Of a DNA stretch of 35,918 bases, positions 7,423 through 16,667 are shown in pieces. The position numbers and the translations under genes are program-made. The stretch lies in the sequence record SRR20825010_3786; one strand, written 5' to 3'. Numbering within the stretch: position 1 is the stretch's first letter; each line of letters begins with the position of its first letter. A model generated the notes under the pieces. It was not told where the DNA came from, searched no databases, and saw only the letters and a list, made by a program, of their open reading frames with translations.

Positions 7423-7488
7423 GTCACTTTGAGTTTTCGACCGAAGGAAGGATATATAAGTTTCTAGTTCCTTCCTTCGTCAGGATGA
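7423..7488. repeat. REP-like palindromic element
   Basis: CGAAGGAAGGA (7442-7452) pairs with TCCTTCCTTCG (7469-7479), then TCAGGATGA; the CAGGATGA tail is shared with 1982-1989. Confidence 0.55.
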
Positions 7489-7616
7489 AAAGGCAGTGTG
7501 CATTCAATTTGATTCTAATGAATAAACGGATCTTTATTCCGAGGGCAGACATGACTGCTAGAAGCAGCGCAAAGGACTTTCGTACGAATTGAACTTGAAA
7601 CAATAAACTCTAAACG

Positions 7617-8051
7617 TCAACCTGGCAACTCTTCCAACCTCTTAGGCCCTCTCACAAAAACACCTTCGCCATGTGCAACAAGCTTTCCTTCTTGGTTATA
7701 GATTTCAGAACTGCTGATGATATCCTTTTCGTTAACGGAGACTACTTTTCCAATGGCCTTTAAACGATCTTCAAAAACGGGGCGTCTGAAGTGGATGGTA
7801 TAAGATTTTGTAAGCAAGAAAAAAGTTTTCTCCACAGAAGCCGAAGCAAAATAGGCAGAGTCGTCTAGCAGTTTAAAGTAAATGGCACCATGCATGGCAT
7901 CTGCCGCATGAAAATATTGGCTGCCAATGGTGAGTTTCAAAGTTGCTTCGCGGTCACTGACGCTCAATTCAGAACCAGCGAAAATCCCTTGGTTCAAAGG
8001 AGCAGAATCAAATAATCGCTCTAATCGCCTATAGTGTTCTAAATCATTCAT
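7617..8051 (-). CDS. PaaI-family hot-dog thioesterase
   Basis: FHAADAMHGAIYFKLLDD, FRRPV, GKLVAHGEG. Confidence 0.9.
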   Translation of the reverse strand: MNDLEHYRRLERLFDSAPLNQGIFAGSELSVSDREATLKLTIGSQYFHAADAMHGAIYFKLLDDSAYFASASVEKTFFLLTKSYTIHFRRPVFEDRLKAIGKVVSVNEKDIISSSEIYNQEGKLVAHGEGVFVRGPKRLEELPG

Positions 8052-8523
8052 AATCTGGAATAAGTTGGAACTGAATAAGGTGATGTTTGATGTGTTTTCT
8101 ATGGCACAGTAACCATTCTTGAGCAGTTAAGGGGCCGCCATAAGGATGATTGGCGACAAACTCTGGCTGGGCTTTGCAAAACGTCAAGAAGGTTTCTGTT
8201 TCCGCAATGAACTTCTGTTTGGCCTCTTCAAGGTCAGCGAATCTTAAAGGCTGAAGGTCACTTTTACCATTGGGTGCAGATACATTTCTATGCATAGGGC
8301 TGTCCTTCATTAAGTATTCTTTCAGCTTTGGCCAATCTTCTTCTTTAGAAACCACAGGCACACTAAATCTACCCATTGATAGTTTATACACCACAATCAG
8401 GTGTTCAACCATATGTTGTGGAGTCATCATGCCCCAAAGTGGTTTTTGCTCTGGTGTAAGTTGTGTTAAAAACTCAGGTACTGTAGTAGTTAAGTACGCT
8501 TGTATTTGGGGTTGAGTGCTCAT
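8044..8523 (-). CDS. DinB-like / DUF1569 family protein
   Basis: WGMMTPQHMVEHL, HPYGGPL, KHIKHHLIQF metal triad; 8-bp overlap with the PaaI gene. Confidence 0.8.
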   Translation of the reverse strand: MSTQPQIQAYLTTTVPEFLTQLTPEQKPLWGMMTPQHMVEHLIVVYKLSMGRFSVPVVSKEEDWPKLKEYLMKDSPMHRNVSAPNGKSDLQPLRFADLEEAKQKFIAETETFLTFCKAQPEFVANHPYGGPLTAQEWLLCHRKHIKHHLIQFQLIPDYE

Positions 8524-8589
8524 GAATTCTTATTGTTGTTGCCTAAAGTTAATTCTTTGTGGCTATTGATGAAATATACTTTCCCAAAA

Positions 8590-8619
8590 CTAAAAAGGCC
8601 TCAATTGAGGCCTTTTTAG
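8590..8619 (-). terminator. Intrinsic terminator of pruA (perfect 30-bp palindrome)
   Basis: CTAAAAAGGCCTCAA-TTGAGGCCTTTTTAG. Confidence 0.85.
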
Positions 8620-8634
8620 ATGTTTATTTAAGAA

Positions 8635-10263
8635 TTACTCTCCCAAGAATGGGTATCTGTAATCGATTGGCGTTACGAATGTTTCTTTGATCAAACGTGG
8701 AGAAACCCAACGTAATAAGTTGATCATTGAACCTGCTTTATCATTTGTACCAGAACCTCTAGCTCCACCAAATGGCTGCTGTCCTACAACGGCACCTGTT
8801 GGCTTATCATTGATGTAGAAGTTACCCGCAGAGTTTTCTAAAGCTTTCATTCCTACTTCCAGTGCATACCTGTCGGCAGAGAAAAGTGCGCCAGTTAATG
8901 CATAAGGAGAAGTGTTGTCCACTAACTCTAATGTTGCTTCGTAATCATTTGGCTCGTATACATAAATTGTAATTACTGGGCCGAAGATCTCTTCGCACAT
9001 TGTAGTGTACTTAGGGTCCGTAGTTAACAATACAGTTGGCTCAATAAAGTAACCTTTCGATTTATCGTAACCACCACCGGCAATTACTTCAACTTTATCA
9101 CTTGCTTTGGCATCATCAATGTACTTGGCAATTTTATCGAATGATTTTTCGTCAATTACAGCGTTAACAAAGTTGCCGAAATCTTCGGTGCCGCCCATTT
9201 TGAATGACTTCAAATCTGCGATCACATAGTTCTTCACATCTTCCCAAAGGTTAGACGGAATGTATGCACGTGATGCAGCAGAACATTTTTGGCCTTGGAA
9301 TTCGAAAGCACCTCTAGAAATAGCAGTCGCTACTTCTTTCGCTTTAGACGATTTGTGCACCATGATAAAATCTTTACCACCAGTTTCACCTACAATTCTT
9401 GGGTAAGAACGGTATTTATTAATGTTGCCTCCTATCGTTTTCCAAATGTGTTGGAATACTCCAGTACTACCTGTGAAGTGAATTCCACCAAAATCTTTAT
9501 GTTCGAAAATTACGTCACCTGCCGTTGGACCATCTACAAAGAAAAGGTTGATTACACCATCAGGAACACCCGCTTCGCGGAATACTTCCATCAATACGTG
9601 AGCAGAATAAATTTGAGTGTTTGAAGGCTTCCAAACTACAGTGTTTCCCATCATGGCTGGTGCCGAAGGAAGGTTACCTGCAATGGCGGTAAAGTTGAAT
9701 GGAGTCAAAGCAAATACAAAACCTTCTAGTGGTCTTTGCTCTACTCTGTTCCAAATACCTGGTGCCGAAGCTGGCTGCTGCTTGTAAATTTCGGTCATGT
9801 ACTGCACATTGAACCTCAAGAAATCTACAGTTTCGCAAGCGGCATCAATTTCTGCTTGGTAAGCATTTTTAGACTGACCCAGCATGGTTGCTGCGTTCAA
9901 TTTGTCTCTGTAAGGTCCAGCAATAAGCTCGGCAGCTTTCAAGAAAATACTTGCTCTGTTTTCCCAGCTTGTGTTGGCCCAATCTTTTTTTGCTGCCATA
10001 GCAGCGTCAATTGCGGCTGAAACATGAGAAGCATCTCCGTTAGAAAAATGTCCTAAAATATGCTGGTGATCATGTGGAGGGCTAAGTGGAGATTTGTTAT
10101 CAGTTCTCACTTCTTTTCCACCGATAAACATCGGAATGTCCACTTGTTTTGAACGCGCTTCGGCAAGGGCTGCTTGCAAGCTTTTACGTTCTGGAGAACC
10201 CAGAGCGTAGTCGTTTATTGGTTCGTTCCTAGCGATGGGTACGTTGAAGAATCCTGTTGCCAT
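8635..10263 (-). CDS. pruA: L-glutamate gamma-semialdehyde (P5C) dehydrogenase
   Basis: ALDH motifs PFNFTAI, FTGSTG, GETGGKDF, FEFQGQKCSA, EEIFGP, GQQPFGGARGSGTNDKAG. Confidence 0.97.
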   Translation of the reverse strand: MATGFFNVPIARNEPINDYALGSPERKSLQAALAEARSKQVDIPMFIGGKEVRTDNKSPLSPPHDHQHILGHFSNGDASHVSAAIDAAMAAKKDWANTSWENRASIFLKAAELIAGPYRDKLNAATMLGQSKNAYQAEIDAACETVDFLRFNVQYMTEIYKQQPASAPGIWNRVEQRPLEGFVFALTPFNFTAIAGNLPSAPAMMGNTVVWKPSNTQIYSAHVLMEVFREAGVPDGVINLFFVDGPTAGDVIFEHKDFGGIHFTGSTGVFQHIWKTIGGNINKYRSYPRIVGETGGKDFIMVHKSSKAKEVATAISRGAFEFQGQKCSAASRAYIPSNLWEDVKNYVIADLKSFKMGGTEDFGNFVNAVIDEKSFDKIAKYIDDAKASDKVEVIAGGGYDKSKGYFIEPTVLLTTDPKYTTMCEEIFGPVITIYVYEPNDYEATLELVDNTSPYALTGALFSADRYALEVGMKALENSAGNFYINDKPTGAVVGQQPFGGARGSGTNDKAGSMINLLRWVSPRLIKETFVTPIDYRYPFLGE

Positions 10264-10330
10264 AATTTATTTTTTTGAATGTGTTTTGTGTTTTTCCCCA
10301 AAAAATTTGAGGGCCTTAAATTGACTTGCG

Positions 10331-10338
10331 CAAATATA
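10331..10338 (-). promoter_or_regulatory. -7 box TATATTTG for pruA
   Basis: Exact TAnnTTTG match upstream of pruA. Confidence 0.65.
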
Positions 10339-10370
10339 AGGTTTCGCTTATGGATTAAAAACCCGATTGA

Positions 10371-11066
10371 CTAGAGTAAGTTCCTTAATTGACTAAGCAT
10401 TTGAATCTCGTAGGTAGGCGGGAAGTGGCTGGTTTGTTTTGAAGGGTTAAACCAAACATGGTCCATGCCAAAATCCTTAGCGCCTTGAATGTCTGATTCT
10501 AGGTTGTCACCAATCATTATACTCTCATTCAATACCGCTCCAGTCCTTAGTAATGCTTGCTCAAAAATGGGTGCAGAAGGTTTCCTTGACTTTGAATTCT
10601 CAGACGTCACGATCACATCAAAGTAATGGTCCAATCTAGCACTTTTCATTTTTATGGTCTGTACATCGTCAAATCCATTGGTGATAATGTGCAACTGATA
10701 TCGCTCTTTTAAGTAATCTAAAATATCGTGGGCTCCTTCGAATACTGCTTCTTTGGTAGGGCAGAGTTCTACGTATTCAAAATCCAATTGCTGCGGAAGA
10801 ATGTCAAGTTTAGCCCCAAGTCTTTCGAAAATCGTAGCAAATCGCCTTTCTCTAATTTGCTCACGTTGAATTTGGTGTTTGTTAAAAAGACTCCAAAGTT
10901 CATTATTCACTTCAAAAAAATGCTTAACAAAACTCTGCTTGTCGAAATGGGTAATGTGTTCGAACCTATAATGATCGTAAAGTTCATGTAGGGCCGCCAT
11001 GGCATTGGTATCATAGTCCCAAAGGGTATGATCCAAATCGAAGAAAATATGTTGATAGTTTTTCAC
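10371..11066 (-). CDS. yjjG: YjjG-family noncanonical pyrimidine nucleotidase (HAD)
   Basis: FFDLDHTLWD, ITNGF, KP, MIGDNLESDIQGA; GTG start. Confidence 0.9.
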   Translation of the reverse strand: MKNYQHIFFDLDHTLWDYDTNAMAALHELYDHYRFEHITHFDKQSFVKHFFEVNNELWSLFNKHQIQREQIRERRFATIFERLGAKLDILPQQLDFEYVELCPTKEAVFEGAHDILDYLKERYQLHIITNGFDDVQTIKMKSARLDHYFDVIVTSENSKSRKPSAPIFEQALLRTGAVLNESIMIGDNLESDIQGAKDFGMDHVWFNPSKQTSHFPPTYEIQMLSQLRNLL

Positions 11067-11091
11067 AGAAGCGATTAGAAATTATGGAAAC

Positions 11092-11475
11092 TCAAATGGA
11101 CCAACCTTGTTTAGAAATTCTGTTTTCTGCCAGTTCACGATTTGATTTAAGTATTTCGTAAGTCTCCTGATCCTTTTGGAGTCGGGTATCTTTGTTTAAG
11201 AAACTGAAAATCTGCACCATCACCAGCTCCACTTCTTCTCGGATACTATAAAAAACCCACTGGTCGTGTTTGCGTGCATTCACAATATTGGAATTCTTTA
11301 AATAAGTAACATGCCGCGATGTTTTAGTTTGCGTATAATCCAAAATATGCTCTAGATCAGAAATGGTCATTTCACCGTTTTTCAAAAGCAAATGCAAAAT
11401 TCTTACTCTGGCTTCGTCAGACAAAGATTTAAAGATTTGAGCCCCAAAGGGCAGGCTAAAATTTTTGAGTTTCAT
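11092..11475 (-). CDS. ArsR/SmtB-family transcriptional regulator
   Basis: FKSLSDEARVRILHLL, SRHVTYLK, WVFY. Confidence 0.9.
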   Translation of the reverse strand: MKLKNFSLPFGAQIFKSLSDEARVRILHLLLKNGEMTISDLEHILDYTQTKTSRHVTYLKNSNIVNARKHDQWVFYSIREEVELVMVQIFSFLNKDTRLQKDQETYEILKSNRELAENRISKQGWSI

Positions 11476-11513
11476 TAAATTGACTTTGTTCCCGTAGTTT
11501 GAATTACTTTCTG

Positions 11514-11535
11514 TTCAGTGATTTTCATCACTGAA
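11514..11535. promoter_or_regulatory. Perfect 9-4-9 inverted repeat upstream of ArsR (candidate operator or leader hairpin)
   Basis: TTCAGTGAT-TTTC-ATCACTGAA. Confidence 0.5.
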
Positions 11536-11695
11536 AGTGCAGGGTTAATTATTGTTAAATTGAGAAGAATAATTGGTTTAAGCCAACACAATTCCCCTTT
11601 ATGATTGTTAATATTGCGAGGAGAAAAAATTTAAGTTCTATCTTCTTATCTTTAAGTCTAAGTTCACGTAGAACAAAATTAAAAGCACAAGTATA

Positions 11696-12337
11696 TTGAA
11701 ACAAACTGTAATCACATATTCTCTCCGCGCCATTGTGCTTTGTGTTTTCATTTTTTGTGGCGCCCAAAAAGGGTTTGCTCAGAATAACAGCTCAAATGTG
11801 GTTCAGCTTTCTGGCCTGGTAATGAATGCCGATAGTACTGAAACTGTTTTCGGGGTTCATATTTTCGCCCTTAAAACTGGCCGAGGAACAGTGTCTGATT
11901 ATAGAGGTTGGTTCAGTAAAGCCTTCTATGCTGGCGATACGTTGATTTTCACTTCCATAGGCTTTAAAGATCGTAGAATAGTTGTTCCCGATACTGTGGG
12001 GGATCAACACACTATAATTGTAGCACTAGAAGAAGAAGTTACGCAGCTGGCCGATGTAGAGGTGAGTCGTTTCCCAAGTGAAGAACTATTTAAAGAAGCG
12101 TTCCTAGCCATGAACTTGAATGAAGAACAAGAAAGTGTTCTGAATGCATTTGCACCTGAGGCGGTTAAGCAAATGGTGCTCAACATGCCTATGGGAGCGA
12201 GTCCAGAAGCCAATTATCGGTACATGATGAATCAGCAATATAACCAGATGCAATACCGATCGGGACCAACATCAAACCCACTTCTGAATCCTTTTGCTTG
12301 GGCAAAGTTTATTAACTCTTTGAAAAAGAAGAAGTAA
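11696..12337 (+). CDS. Carboxypeptidase-like regulatory domain-containing exported protein
   Basis: Signal peptide; LSGLVM...GTVSDYRGWF...GDTLIFTSIGF; C-terminal NPFAWAKF; TTG start. Confidence 0.8.
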   Translation: MKQTVITYSLRAIVLCVFIFCGAQKGFAQNNSSNVVQLSGLVMNADSTETVFGVHIFALKTGRGTVSDYRGWFSKAFYAGDTLIFTSIGFKDRRIVVPDTVGDQHTIIVALEEEVTQLADVEVSRFPSEELFKEAFLAMNLNEEQESVLNAFAPEAVKQMVLNMPMGASPEANYRYMMNQQYNQMQYRSGPTSNPLLNPFAWAKFINSLKKKK

Positions 12338-12341
12338 TTTT

Positions 12342-13079
12342 CTAATTCCTAATCAGTTTTAAGCTTACAAATCGGTCTGTACCCAACCAGCGGCTCTCTT
12401 TATTTGTATACCATGCCCTGTGCATCGGAATTCGCATTCCATTCTGAATTTCTAAACCCTCAATAAGAATGTATTCCCCATCATTTTCGGCTTCGTTATG
12501 GAAGAAACGGTAGCCATTTAATGCATAAGTGTCTGGGTTGAAATAGAAATACCAAGTGTCGGACCCCACGCTTTTATCATAGGTTACTTTCAGGGCTAAA
12601 ACGGGCTTTCCATCAAAAGTAGTATACTGAACAACGGGGTCAATTATTGTTCCTGAATCCTTTAACTTCATAGGCAGTCCATATATATAACTATAGTAAT
12701 TCCTCCATCTTCTGGCCATGTCAGGACTTAGTTGCAGTGTGTCAACTCGTACAGAATCGGTAATTATTCTGTAGTCCATAAATGATTCGGTTGAATCCCG
12801 ACCATCTACTTTCCAAGTAAATAAATGACTGTCTTTGACGAAAGACAACTCAAAAGCCCCCTTTTGGTTATCGATAATTACATTGGAAGGACGGGTAGAA
12901 CCATCAGGCATTTCCTGATCAATCACCAATTCCATCCTTATTTTTTTCCATAGCCCACTTGGATCGTGAAAAGAGATGCTTCGGCTAAGAAGTTCCGTTC
13001 CTGAGATTTGCTCTTCCTGAGCATTTAGGGCAAAAGAAGAGAGAAGCAGAAGACAGATTGACGTAATGTGGCGGCTCAT
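12342..13079 (-). CDS. Exported hypothetical protein (DUF6503-like)
   Basis: Signal peptide; SISFHDP..W, YYSYIYGLPMKLKD, GSDTWYFYF. Confidence 0.75.
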   Translation of the reverse strand: MSRHITSICLLLLSSFALNAQEEQISGTELLSRSISFHDPSGLWKKIRMELVIDQEMPDGSTRPSNVIIDNQKGAFELSFVKDSHLFTWKVDGRDSTESFMDYRIITDSVRVDTLQLSPDMARRWRNYYSYIYGLPMKLKDSGTIIDPVVQYTTFDGKPVLALKVTYDKSVGSDTWYFYFNPDTYALNGYRFFHNEAENDGEYILIEGLEIQNGMRIPMHRAWYTNKESRWLGTDRFVSLKLIRN

Positions 13080-13135
13080 AATGTTAAATGACGTTGAATT
13101 TAAATGGTTCTACACGTAAATGTAAGAGATGTTCT

Positions 13136-13143
13136 TATTTTTG
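13136..13143 (+). promoter_or_regulatory. -7 box TATTTTTG for the CPBP-epimerase-SDR operon
   Basis: Exact TAnnTTTG match 26 nt before the ATG. Confidence 0.65.
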
Positions 13144-13169
13144 CAACCTGACTCAACGGTAGCAACAGC

Positions 13170-13886
13170 ATGCAAATTCCTATTTGGGACCCATCATTTT
13201 TAGAACCGATTTTAGCAATTGGCTTACTCACGCTTGGCTTTAGTATCTATCACTTTGTTTCGATTTCCACTAAAGTCAAACAAAGGTTTGACAATAAATA
13301 TGGTAAAGTAAGGGGGAACACAAAGGCTCAATGGTATTTTCGCTACCTTGGGGCTATGACCATTGGGGTCATTCCAGCTATTTTAATGATGCTAATTTTG
13401 GGTAAAAACCCAGCCGATTACGGAGTGACATTTAAGAACCATGCTACGTCACTTTATTGGATTTCGGGTTTGGCTGCGGTGATTATCCCAATGAATTTTT
13501 TCAATTCGAAGAAGGAAAAAAACTTGGCCTTTTACCCTAATGTGAGAGAAAAAGAATGGACAAAAGCCATGGTGGCAAAAAATGCCTTCACTTGGGTGTC
13601 CTATTTGTTTGGCTATGAATTGATGTTCAGAGGGCTTTTACTTTTTGCTACAGTTCCATTATTGGGCGAATGGCCTGCTATTGTCCTAAATGTGGCATTA
13701 TATGTTTTAGTACATGTGCCTAAAAACTTAGAAGAAAGCATAGGGGCTGTTCCACTCGGTTTATTACTCTGTTTAATTACACTTAGCACTGGAACGATTT
13801 GGGTCGCCTTTTTCGTTCACATCACCTTGGCGTTGTCCAACTTTTTCTTTTCGCTAAGGCATCACCCTGACATGAAAGTTATTTAA
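13170..13886 (+). CDS. CPBP/Abi-family intramembrane protease-like protein
   Basis: Multi-TM; YELMFRG (EE variant), YVLVHVPK, HITLALSN. Confidence 0.85.
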   Translation: MQIPIWDPSFLEPILAIGLLTLGFSIYHFVSISTKVKQRFDNKYGKVRGNTKAQWYFRYLGAMTIGVIPAILMMLILGKNPADYGVTFKNHATSLYWISGLAAVIIPMNFFNSKKEKNLAFYPNVREKEWTKAMVAKNAFTWVSYLFGYELMFRGLLLFATVPLLGEWPAIVLNVALYVLVHVPKNLEESIGAVPLGLLLCLITLSTGTIWVAFFVHITLALSNFFFSLRHHPDMKVI

Positions 13887-14875
13887 TGAACAAAAAGATA
13901 TTTATCACTGGTGGTACTGGCTTTATTGGTCAAAAACTGATTAATGCCTTGGCCGACCAAGGGCACAGCGTAACGGCTCTAGTGCGCTCTAAAGCAAAAG
14001 CTCAGACTTTGACTCATGCAAATATTGACACTGTAGAAGGAGATTTATTTCATTCTGAAGCTCTAGTAAGGGGCATGGAAAACTGCGATGAAGTGTATCA
14101 TTTAGCTGCCTTTGCTAGCGTTTGGGCCAAAGACGATACTTTTAAAAGGGTGAATATTGACGGCACTACAAATATTTTAGATGCCGCAAAAAAACAAGGC
14201 GTTTCCAAAGTAGTAGTCACTTCTACCGCAGGCGTAATTGGCCCAGCCATTGACGGCCCGGTAAATGAAAATACCCCAAGACAGGTTGATTTTTTTACCG
14301 ATTACGAAAGTACAAAATACGAATCGGAAGAACAGATGCGCGAACGCGCAGCAAACGGACAGCACATCGTTATCGTAAACCCTACCCGTGTTTATGGACC
14401 TGGGCCATTGAATGTGAGTAATTCTGTGACCAAATTGGTGAAGCAGTACATTGATGGTAAATGGAAATTTATGCCTGGAGACGGGCTTAGCACAGGTAAT
14501 TATGTCTATGTAGAAGATGTGATTCGAGGCCATATGCTGGCCATGGAACATGGAAGGTCAGGAGAGCGCTATTTACTTGGCGGAGAAGATGCTACCTACC
14601 ACGAACTCTTTGATATGATCGCTGAAATTGGCGGTAAAAAATATAAACTCTATAAAATGCCATTGGGAGTTATGCTTACCTTCGGTAAACTTCAGCTATT
14701 TTTAGCTGAGAATTTCGGGAAACAGCCCATGATTACTCCAGGGTGGGTAAAAAAATACCTGTATAAATGGAGCGTTTCAAGCGAAAAGGCTCAAAAAGAA
14801 CTAGGCTACCAAATTACTCCGCTTACAAGTGGTATTCAGCAGACGGTAGACTGGTTAAGAAAAGACAACAAATGA
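13886..14875 (+). CDS. NAD-dependent epimerase/dehydratase (extended SDR, HpnA / 3-beta-HSD-like)
   Basis: TGGTGFIG, YHLAA, YESTK, NPTRVYGPG; TAATG overlap with the CPBP gene. Confidence 0.92.
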   Translation: MNKKIFITGGTGFIGQKLINALADQGHSVTALVRSKAKAQTLTHANIDTVEGDLFHSEALVRGMENCDEVYHLAAFASVWAKDDTFKRVNIDGTTNILDAAKKQGVSKVVVTSTAGVIGPAIDGPVNENTPRQVDFFTDYESTKYESEEQMRERAANGQHIVIVNPTRVYGPGPLNVSNSVTKLVKQYIDGKWKFMPGDGLSTGNYVYVEDVIRGHMLAMEHGRSGERYLLGGEDATYHELFDMIAEIGGKKYKLYKMPLGVMLTFGKLQLFLAENFGKQPMITPGWVKKYLYKWSVSSEKAQKELGYQITPLTSGIQQTVDWLRKDNK

Positions 14876-15672
14876 CAAACTCAAAAAAATTCGCATTGGT
14901 AACAGGTTCTAGTAATGGCATTGGTCGTGCTATTGCAGAAAACTGTGCCGCTAGAGGCTTTAATGTGCTCCTAGTCGCGCTTCCAGAACCTAAATTGGCA
15001 GAGGTTGCCAATGCTTTGACTTCTAAATATCCAAACCAAGAATTCCATTATTTAGGGGTAAACCTGATGGATGCGGGGACACCTCAAGAGGTTTTTCAGT
15101 GGTGTGAGAAAAATAATTTTGTGATAGACATTCTGGCGAACAACGCGGGCTTAGGTAACTCTGGAGATTTCTTATCAAAAGAGGCTGCATTTTACTTTGG
15201 CCAAATGCAGCTGAATATGGTATCAATGGTAATGCTTACTCATCACTTTTTACCTGGTATGCAAAAACTTGACAAGGCCTATATTTTGAATGTAGCCAGT
15301 ATGGCCTCTTATTACGATATTCCATTCAAAGGCATTTATGCCGCCAGTAAGAAGTTCGTGAGTTCATTTTCACACTCACTTCGTTACGAACTAAAAGACT
15401 CCAACGTTTTTGTTTCTATACTTTGCCCTGCAGCAGTGCTTACGAACCCTGATGTGATTAAGCGCGATGCAAACATGGGTTTCGCTTCAAAAATAACAAG
15501 GCAAACGGCAGAGCAAGTAGCTGAATATGCTTTGAGTCGAATGTTCAACAGAAAGCCCGTCTCTATTCCAGGCGTCTTCCCTAAGTTTTACAGAGCATTG
15601 GGCAGGGTCATCCCACACAAAATGCAATTACGAATGTTGGCCAATGCCTTTATTAAGCAGTCGAGAGAATAA
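14872..15672 (+). CDS. Classical SDR oxidoreductase
   Basis: TGSSNGIG, NNAG, YAASK; start at ATGA overlap (14872). Confidence 0.92.
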   Translation: MTNSKKFALVTGSSNGIGRAIAENCAARGFNVLLVALPEPKLAEVANALTSKYPNQEFHYLGVNLMDAGTPQEVFQWCEKNNFVIDILANNAGLGNSGDFLSKEAAFYFGQMQLNMVSMVMLTHHFLPGMQKLDKAYILNVASMASYYDIPFKGIYAASKKFVSSFSHSLRYELKDSNVFVSILCPAAVLTNPDVIKRDANMGFASKITRQTAEQVAEYALSRMFNRKPVSIPGVFPKFYRALGRVIPHKMQLRMLANAFIKQSRE

Positions 15673-15686
15673 GGAAGAATTAGATA

Positions 15687-15720
15687 CAAAAAAAGGCAGC
15701 TCAACGGCTGCCTTTTTTTG
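15687..15720. terminator. Bidirectional intrinsic terminator
   Basis: CAAAAAAAGGCAGC-TCAACG-GCTGCCTTTTTTTG between convergent genes. Confidence 0.9.
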
Positions 15721-15739
15721 TGCTTTCTAAATCGACCAA

Positions 15740-16468
15740 TTAGTTGTCCAGCATGTTTTTTGAGAACTTCCGACCATTAATGTCGGTGTATTTAGAGTCG
15801 ATGTCCCAGCGTACATATAAATCGCTGATATCGAAATCACCTCTTACTTTGGTGTATTTAATATCTAATGATCTTTCAAAACGAGCTGAAGCAAGATTTA
15901 CTCCGTCTCTGAATTCTGTGTATTTAAAGATGGCGTTTTCATCAAACTGAGTGTTTGAGAAATCTGCTAACCTTGAAAATTCAGCATATTTAAAAGTGGA
16001 CTCGTCTTTGAAAGTAGAGCCAGCGAATGAGGCTTCGCGCTCAAATTCTGAATACTTGAACATGGCGTCACGTTCAAATTTGCAGTTTTTGAAAATTACA
16101 TCCTCTTCAAAATCGGCTGTAAAAGTATATTCAGACCTGTCATTGCGAAAGTAGGCGATCACATCATTTTCAAAGACTACATTCTCAAATGTGATTTTGC
16201 TTTTGATTACCTCATTAACGGTGTTGTCTCCGATGTTTTTCCACCAGCTTCTTCTGCGGGGCAAATCTGAAGCCTTTTCATCCATGTAAGTGAAGTCTAG
16301 TACTCCTGAAACTGTAACATTGGAATACTTAACCTGCTCTCCATTTTTCATCGCTTTCATGATATCCGTAGCCTTGACCGTAGTTTGTGCTTGGGCATTT
16401 ACTGAAAATAATGAGACAAGAAGAAACGTGAAAAAGGTGAGCTTGAGTGTGATTTGTTGTGTTTTCAT
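15740..16468 (-). CDS. Secreted pentapeptide-repeat-like beta-solenoid protein
   Basis: Signal peptide; AxF...F repeats with a 22-aa period. Confidence 0.85.
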   Translation of the reverse strand: MKTQQITLKLTFFTFLLVSLFSVNAQAQTTVKATDIMKAMKNGEQVKYSNVTVSGVLDFTYMDEKASDLPRRRSWWKNIGDNTVNEVIKSKITFENVVFENDVIAYFRNDRSEYTFTADFEEDVIFKNCKFERDAMFKYSEFEREASFAGSTFKDESTFKYAEFSRLADFSNTQFDENAIFKYTEFRDGVNLASARFERSLDIKYTKVRGDFDISDLYVRWDIDSKYTDINGRKFSKNMLDN

Positions 16469-16496
16469 GTTGTTTTAAGTTTTGACCTTTTATTAT

Positions 16497-16523
16497 AGAC
16501 TGATAAAACCAGATTAGGTTACA
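16497..16523 (-). promoter_or_regulatory. Candidate ECF promoter TGTAACC-N16-GTCT
   Basis: Minus strand reads TGTAACCtaatctggttttatcaGTCT 28 nt upstream of the ATG; AAC/GTC pattern typical of ECF sigma factors. Confidence 0.6.
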
Positions 16524-16635
16524 GTACTTTTAACAGATGCCAAAAAGCAGCGAAGGGTTGCGTGAGCTGAATGATGCTTTTGGAATAGGAAATATAAGGT
16601 ATGGACTCAAGTCCATTTGCACTAATTAAACACAA

Positions 16636-16667
16636 AGAAGCCATCTGTTAAAAAACAGATGGCTTCT
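16636..16667 (-). terminator. Terminator hairpin after the DUF4920 gene
   Basis: AGAAGCCATCTGTT-AAAA-AACAGATGGCTTCT (14-bp stem). Confidence 0.8.

Noticed and set aside
7407-7592. 61-aa plus-strand ORF
   Set aside because: Runs through a REP-like hairpin and has no recognisable protein features
11555-11767. 70-aa minus-strand ORF upstream of ArsR
   Set aside because: Overlaps the start and promoter region of the plus-strand gene; no motif
14767-14871. 35-aa N-terminal extension of the SDR given in the ORF track
   Set aside because: Lies inside the epimerase gene; the ATGA overlap at 14872 directly precedes the Rossmann motif
16531-16650. TAACAGATG able to pair with the terminator arm CATCTGTTA (antiterminator?)
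   Set aside because: Lies downstream of the terminator in the direction of transcription and is only 9 bp
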